The position numbers and the translations under genes are program-made. Below the pieces are notes generated by a model. That model did not search any database, was not told the origin of the DNA, and saw only the letters and a program-made list of their open reading frames with translations. 30,470 bases of DNA from Promethearchaeia archaeon (lineage in GTDB: Archaea; Asgardarchaeota; Lokiarchaeia; Sigyniarchaeales; SOKP01): NCBI GenBank assembly GCA_046497275.1, contig JAWOFX010000115.1:1-30470 (forward strand). Direction: 5' to 3'. Below are positions 25,053 through 30,470 of this stretch, piece by piece; position 1 is the first letter of the stretch, and every line of letters starts with the position of its first letter.

Positions 25053-25697
25053 ATAAAAATTAAGAAAAAAGAACTCATTTCAATTATTCAACATACGGAA
25101 TCATTTACAAATCCAGAGGTTGAGCTTGAACAATATACTATTGATGCTGTTTGTGCGGTTGATATCATATTTTTCGCTGGTCTTGAGTTTAATGATATCA
25201 CTAATAAATTAATTTTTGATTTAGGTGCGGGAACGGGACGTTTATCGCTTTCAAGCACATTTTTCTCTCCAATTCGAATTATAAGCGTTGATATTGATGA
25301 TAGTGCTCTTAAGATCTTAAAACAGAATGCTATACATCTTCAAGTGGAAAAGAATATTCTCCCCTTATGCACTGATGTGAGAAACTTACAATTTACACCA
25401 AAGTTTCTCTCTTCATCTCCAAAAATCACCACAATTATGAATCCCCCTTTTGGGGTACAAAATCCTGGTGCTGATAGACCTTTCCTTGAAACTGCTTTTT
25501 CAATTTCAGATATTATTTATTCTATCCATCTTGCTCATGAAAATGTTCACAAATTCATAAGAAATTTTGCGAGAAAAAATGGATGGCATATTGATTATAC
25601 TCTTCCATATAATATGGTTCTTGAAAAGTCTTTTGAATTTCATGAAAAAAAGAGAAAACATATTGATGTTAATTTATATAGATTTAAGAAAATCTGA
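25053..25697 (+). CDS. METTL5/N6-adenine-type SAM methyltransferase, full length about 214 aa with non-canonical (ATA 25053 or ATT 25059) start
   Basis: The frame is open upstream of the track start (25344): KKKEL..NPEVELEQYT, motif I DLGAGTG, VDID, then motif IV MNPPFG. Confidence 0.88.
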   Translation: MKIKKKELISIIQHTESFTNPEVELEQYTIDAVCAVDIIFFAGLEFNDITNKLIFDLGAGTGRLSLSSTFFSPIRIISVDIDDSALKILKQNAIHLQVEKNILPLCTDVRNLQFTPKFLSSSPKITTIMNPPFGVQNPGADRPFLETAFSISDIIYSIHLAHENVHKFIRNFARKNGWHIDYTLPYNMVLEKSFEFHEKKRKHIDVNLYRFKKI

Positions 25698-25708
25698 AAA
25701 ACCATTGA

Positions 25709-27013
25709 TCAGTGAAACTCTCTCCAAGACTTAAAATCAGAAGGATAATTTGCTTTATCATTTAATTCTTCTTCAATACGAAGTAACTGATTATATTTTG
25801 CACATCTGTCACTACGACATGGAGCACCGCTTTTAATTTGACCTGAACAAAGTCCTACAGCAAGATCTGCAATAAAAGGATCCGCAGTCTCTCCTGAACG
25901 ATGAGACACCATAACATTAAAATTGTTGTTAAAACTCATCTTTGCAGCCTCAATTGCTTCTGTGAGTGATCCTATTTGATTTACTTTTAATAATAACGCA
26001 TTTCCAGCCCCTTGAGTTATCGCCTTATCCAAAATTTTAATATTCGTGACGGTAAGATCATCATCAACAATTTGAATAGATTTATCGACTTTTTTAGTTA
26101 ATTTCGAAAAGCCAAGAAAAGCAGCTTCATCAAATGGATCCTCAATGGATTTTAACGGATAATCTTTTAATAATTCAAGATAATATTGAAGGAGTTCGTC
26201 TTCAGTCAACTTGCTCCCATCGATATCATATTTTCCATCTTTGTAAAATTCACTTGCGGCAGCATCTATTCCGAGTATAAATTCTTTTCCCATGGTAAAA
26301 CCTCTCTCTTCAATAGCTTGAATGATTAAATCCAATGCATCTCGCGTTAGAGATAAATTCGGAGCGAATCCCCCCTCATCTCCCACATTTATGGCTTGCG
26401 GACCATAATTTTTTAATAAAATCTTCTTAAGGTGATGATAAACTTCCGAAACCCATCTAATTGCAGTTGAAAATGAGTCTGCTCCAAAAGGTAAGATCAT
26501 GAATTCTTGTATTGAAAGATCATTGCCAGCATGTTCTCCACCATTTAAAATATTACAGCTTGGAATGGGCAATAAGTAGTGTTCCCTAGTTTTGTTATAA
26601 CTCATCTCATAAATATGCCTATATAGAGGAATGTTTCTTAATTTTGCCGCTAATTTAGCAACTGCCAGAGAAACCGAAAGAATTGCATTCGCTCCTAATT
26701 TACTTTTATTTTCTGTCCCATCAAGTTCAAGCATTTTTTTATCTATTAAGCTTTGTCCTATTACATCCATTCCTATCAGTTCTTTAGCGATTATTCTATT
26801 CACATTTTCCACGGCTTTAGTAACATGTTTCCCCATGAATTTATCACCACCATCTCTTAATTCTAAAGCTTCTAATTCCCCAGTCGAGGCTCCAGAAGGA
26901 ACTGCGGCTCGTCCCATTTTACCGTCGGCATACACATCACATTCGACGGTAGGATTTCCACGTGAATCTAATATCCATCGTGCATGAATTTTTTCTATTT
27001 TAAAATCTGTCAT
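25709..27013 (-). CDS. eno: Enolase (phosphopyruvate hydratase)
   Basis: DSRGNPTVE, VPSGASTG, GDEGGF, LLKVNQIG, SHRSGET, QIKSGAP. Confidence 0.98.
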   Translation of the reverse strand: MTDFKIEKIHARWILDSRGNPTVECDVYADGKMGRAAVPSGASTGELEALELRDGGDKFMGKHVTKAVENVNRIIAKELIGMDVIGQSLIDKKMLELDGTENKSKLGANAILSVSLAVAKLAAKLRNIPLYRHIYEMSYNKTREHYLLPIPSCNILNGGEHAGNDLSIQEFMILPFGADSFSTAIRWVSEVYHHLKKILLKNYGPQAINVGDEGGFAPNLSLTRDALDLIIQAIEERGFTMGKEFILGIDAAASEFYKDGKYDIDGSKLTEDELLQYYLELLKDYPLKSIEDPFDEAAFLGFSKLTKKVDKSIQIVDDDLTVTNIKILDKAITQGAGNALLLKVNQIGSLTEAIEAAKMSFNNNFNVMVSHRSGETADPFIADLAVGLCSGQIKSGAPCRSDRCAKYNQLLRIEEELNDKANYPSDFKSWREFH

Positions 27014-27126
27014 TGAAATCTCGTATTTTTAAAGTTTACTTAATAATCTACTATCAAGAATCAATAAATTCTTTATTGTTTCTATTATAATAATAATTAT
27101 CTTTATAAATTAAAAATAGGATTCGC

Positions 27127-28098
27127 ATGTTTATAGAAAGCAGACCTTGGGTTGAAAAATATCGCCCTCGTACATTAGAAGATGTAGTTAACCAATCGGG
27201 AATTATTAAACGTTTAAAACAATTTTTAAAAGATAAATCAATGCCTCATCTTATATTTGCAGGACCAGCGGGAACAGGTAAAACCACTTCTGCACTTGCG
27301 ATGGTAAGAGAATTATATGGACCAAAAATGGCAGTAAATGATACATATCTTGAATTAAACGCGAGCGATGCTCGTGGAATTGATGTGATACGTACATATA
27401 TTAAGGATTTTGCCAAAGCACGCCCACCGGAAGATATTCCATTTAAAATTCTAATTTTAGATGAAGCAGATAATATGACTTCCGCGGCTCAACAAGCTTT
27501 GAGGCGAACAATGGAAAAATATACTAAAAATTGCAGAATGATTTTAATTTGCAATTATTCTAATAAGATTATTCCACCTATTCAATCTAGATGTGTAGTT
27601 TTTCGGTTTTCCTCCCTTTCTAATGATGATATCAAAGGGAGAGTGAAAATGGTTGCCGAGCGGGAAGATATAGAAATTAGCCCCGATGGTCTCAACGCAT
27701 TAATTGATGTTTCGAGGGGGGATTTAAGAAGGGCGATTAATTATTTACAATCTTGCGGGACAATATCGCAAAAAATTGATGAGGATATAGTATTTCGGGT
27801 TGCTGGAGAAGTCCCACCAGAAAAGATTAAAGAGATACTAAATACTGCCTTAGAGGGACAGCTAACTTTATCAATAAAACTTTTAGAGGATTTAAAAAAA
27901 GAATATGGGTTATCGGGAAGAAATATTATCAGAGATATTCATCGAGATATGTATTCTTTAAAAATACCTGAGGATGTGAAAATTGAATTATCCAAAATAC
28001 TCGCTGAATTCGAATATCGATTAAGTCAAGGAGGAACAGAAGAAATCCAACTTCAAGCCCTATTAGCGAAGATCGTCCTCCTGCAAACAGCTAAATAA
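27127..28098 (+). CDS. rfcS: Replication factor C small subunit
   Basis: PWVEKYRP, GPAGTGKT, LELNASDARG, LDEAD, SRC motif; no intein. Confidence 0.97.
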   Translation: MFIESRPWVEKYRPRTLEDVVNQSGIIKRLKQFLKDKSMPHLIFAGPAGTGKTTSALAMVRELYGPKMAVNDTYLELNASDARGIDVIRTYIKDFAKARPPEDIPFKILILDEADNMTSAAQQALRRTMEKYTKNCRMILICNYSNKIIPPIQSRCVVFRFSSLSNDDIKGRVKMVAEREDIEISPDGLNALIDVSRGDLRRAINYLQSCGTISQKIDEDIVFRVAGEVPPEKIKEILNTALEGQLTLSIKLLEDLKKEYGLSGRNIIRDIHRDMYSLKIPEDVKIELSKILAEFEYRLSQGGTEEIQLQALLAKIVLLQTAK

Positions 28099-28917
28099 TT
28101 TGAATTTCAACCAATTCTTTTGTTTTTGGGCTAAAAAATAATTTTGCATTCGTTCAACAGATTTCTTATTAATTTGAAATTTAATATTAGAATCATACTG
28201 AATATCCCATAAAATCAATCCATTTGGATTCGCGGGTTCATATGAAACGAATTCTTTATTATCAAAAAGGTTGAGGAATTCTTCAAAATTTATTTCATTT
28301 TTCCCTAAATCCATTAATTTTTTTATCATACGTCGGATTTGCTGTCTGAGAAATGCTTTACTTATAAAGTCAATAAATACTGTATTATTACTTATTTTAA
28401 TATTTACAGAGTTAAGTTCTCTGAGAGTATTTTCAATAGAATTATCTCTTTTTGAAAAATTCTGAAAATTATGGATGCCCTCAAGATGGGAACACGCTTT
28501 TTTAACAATATCAATATTAAAATTATATTTGGAGATTAAATAATCAAGAGGCTCTGGAAGAATATATCGATAATGACGTGAAACTGCATTATATCTCGGA
28601 GAGTAATTAATGGGTACTGGACAAGATGCCCAGAGCCCCATTTCACCTGGTAAAAAAGAATTTATTTCCATTAGGATAGGTTTTTTCTTAGGAATTATTG
28701 AAAAGACTGCACCACGAGCAGATACATATCTATCAGTTCTACTCGCAAATTCAAATTCAGCCCGTTCCAAATCGTCAATATAATTGCGCTTTATTAATAT
28801 TTCAATTAATTGATCTTCAATAGTTAGGACATCAGATTGTCTTTGTGATCCATGGTATATTTGTTTTCCAGTATAATACATTTTAAAGAAATATTTATTA
28901 TGATATTCTGATCTCAA
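28063..28917 (-). CDS. truA: tRNA pseudouridine(38-40) synthase TruA
   Basis: YHGSQRQ, ASRTDRYVSA (catalytic Asp), YRY, GIHNFQNF, FLRQQIRRM; TTG start with AGGAG SD. Confidence 0.92.
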   Translation of the reverse strand: MRSEYHNKYFFKMYYTGKQIYHGSQRQSDVLTIEDQLIEILIKRNYIDDLERAEFEFASRTDRYVSARGAVFSIIPKKKPILMEINSFLPGEMGLWASCPVPINYSPRYNAVSRHYRYILPEPLDYLISKYNFNIDIVKKACSHLEGIHNFQNFSKRDNSIENTLRELNSVNIKISNNTVFIDFISKAFLRQQIRRMIKKLMDLGKNEINFEEFLNLFDNKEFVSYEPANPNGLILWDIQYDSNIKFQINKKSVERMQNYFLAQKQKNWLKFKLFSCLQEDDLR

Positions 28918-28989
28918 TGAAATTCTCCTTCCTTTCTAATAGAGAAAATTTTAATTAATTTTATAGTTTTAAAGTTAGATTTAAAAATT

Positions 28990-30174
28990 CTATTTATTAT
29001 TAGACAGATTTTTTTGTAAAAATTCAATAATGCTTTCTGCTACATTATATATATTATAATTTTTTGAAAGTTCATTTCTCGCATTTTCAATGATTATTTC
29101 TTTATCTCTGCAATTCTTATAAAACAATAATTTATCTAAAAAATTATAATGATCTCTCGGATCAAAAAGTAATCCTGTTTTATTATCTTTAATTATATCC
29201 TTGTTTCCAAAACCATTTGCAGCAATAACAAATGTATTAGATAAAATTGCTTCTAAAATCGCATTTGAAAATCCTTGAGCTAATGCTGGATCGACTAATA
29301 CATCTATTTTAGAATAAATTTGATTTTTATCTTTTACAAAACCACACATTATAATATTTTTTTCTAAATTGTTTTTCCTAACAAATTTCCTTATATAATC
29401 CTCTTCGGAACCTTTACCAAAAAGAAACAATTTATCATTTTTATAATAGTTTTGAAAATACATTTTAAACCCCTCTAGGAGGAATTTAATATTTTTAAAT
29501 TCTATAAGCCTTCCAACAAATCCATAATATGTATCCAAATGAGTCTTTTTTTTTAGTTTTTTAAACTTCTCTATATGAATCCCATTGGGGATTCTTAAAA
29601 TATGATCTTCTGGATAATTTAACATTAATAAATCTTTATACATTTTGCTGTTGATTGCTCTAATGAAATTTATTTTTTTTAAAAAAATTTTTTTGAATAT
29701 CTTGAACCAAAACAAATTAATCATATTTAGCATTCGTGATTTGTTTGTGGAATAAAATATTTCATCAAGATAACTATCAAAATCGATAGGTAACTTCATT
29801 AAGATTGGAATTTTAAAGAGTATTCTAGTAATTAGAGGAGCTAAATGTAGATTTGAATAATGATGAATATTCATTATTGATATTGGATAACGTTTATTGA
29901 TTGCGATTAGTATCAGAAATGATTTAACTAGAAAATATAAACTGTCGAAATAATTATTCTTAAATTTATGTATAGAATAAATCTCTATATTATTAGGTAT
30001 GATATCAAAATTAGAATATTTTGTAATAATTGATATTTTTATATTATTATACTTTTTATAACATTCTAATAATTCTCTTAATTGATTGGCAATACCTCCT
30101 ATGGGTAAATTAATATTATCATTTATATGAGTATTAGGAATAATTATAGTGAAATGCATTTTAACTTTTTTCAA
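28990..30174 (-). CDS. Glycosyltransferase family 4 (GT-B, RfaB-like)
   Basis: GGIAN, IPNGI, FVGRLIEFKN, QGFSNAILEA, GNKDII..TGLLF. Confidence 0.88.
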   Translation of the reverse strand: MKKVKMHFTIIIPNTHINDNINLPIGGIANQLRELLECYKKYNNIKISIITKYSNFDIIPNNIEIYSIHKFKNNYFDSLYFLVKSFLILIAINKRYPISIMNIHHYSNLHLAPLITRILFKIPILMKLPIDFDSYLDEIFYSTNKSRMLNMINLFWFKIFKKIFLKKINFIRAINSKMYKDLLMLNYPEDHILRIPNGIHIEKFKKLKKKTHLDTYYGFVGRLIEFKNIKFLLEGFKMYFQNYYKNDKLFLFGKGSEEDYIRKFVRKNNLEKNIIMCGFVKDKNQIYSKIDVLVDPALAQGFSNAILEAILSNTFVIAANGFGNKDIIKDNKTGLLFDPRDHYNFLDKLLFYKNCRDKEIIIENARNELSKNYNIYNVAESIIEFLQKNLSNNK

Positions 30175-30470
30175 GTTTACTTTTCTATTTTGAATTTTTA
30201 AATTACTTAATTAATATAATGAAATTTATTAATCCTTCTAAATAAAATATTAAGTTAATTCAAAAACAAATATATAAATCATTCACAGATAATCCTAAAA
30301 AACAAAATTTTAAATCTAAATTTCATTAAGATTTTTAATAGCTTTTTAATTAAGTTTAATATATTTAATATGTCTAAAGCTTATAGATCCTTACAAAATT
30401 TTCGTGACCGGATTAGTGTTAATTTAGTTATTAAAAAAAGGAATATTTTATTTTTCCTTGCGTTATTAAT

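Noticed and set aside
25018-25063. A third BHB intron linking ATG 25018 to the methyltransferase frame
   Set aside because: An intron of length 2 mod 3 would fit the frame, but no central 4-bp helix or inner stem can be drawn. Only weak TTAAT/ATTAA pairing exists.
26041-26080. Enolase IVDDDL instead of the usual VGDDL
   Set aside because: It is a single substitution, and all catalytic and Mg-binding residues appear intact, so there is no evidence of altered function.
27127-28098. Inteins in RFC, RpoA'/A'' or other common intein hosts
   Set aside because: Protein lengths are normal and the motifs are contiguous; no intein-like insertions were seen.
1943-28465. Numerous antisense or alternate-frame ORFs in the track (e.g. 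1943..2167, 3029..3340, 4158..4406, 11058..11387, 17499..17726, 26631..26987, 28271..28465)
   Set aside because: They are shadows of well-supported genes on the opposite strand or in another frame, with biased composition and no motifs.

Overview
AT-rich (roughly 30% GC by eye) housekeeping region of an archaeon. It is most likely an Asgard/Lokiarchaeia-type genome; this is inferred from the split RpoA'/A'', the Arf-like small GTPase and the style of the proteins. It carries rpoA1-rpoA2-rpl30e-nusA-rps12-rps7, a wHTH/ATP-cone/degenerate NrdD fusion, pyrB, rpl44e-rps27e, a tandem-SH3 gene, TFS, an RPA14-like OB protein, PCNA-PriL-PriS-GINS15, Nop10 and aIF2-alpha (inverted), EF-1alpha, a DsrE-like protein, a ferredoxin, a small GTPase, a Csl4-RpoL-RNaseIII-like-DUF99 operon, a METTL5-like methyltransferase, enolase, RFC small subunit, TruA and a GT4 glycosyltransferase. 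The main result is that two essential genes, rpoA1 and EF-1alpha (tef1), are each interrupted inside a hyper-conserved motif by a tiny insert (30 and 32 nt) that contains a stop codon. Each insert folds with its flanks into a bulge-helix-bulge (BHB) structure. The canonical tRNA-splicing-endonuclease cut sites regenerate the conserved protein motif exactly (GHFGH|IELARP and GHIDHG|KST). This points to tRNA-type mRNA splicing of core transcription and translation genes. No rRNA, tRNA, CRISPR array or transposase was seen.
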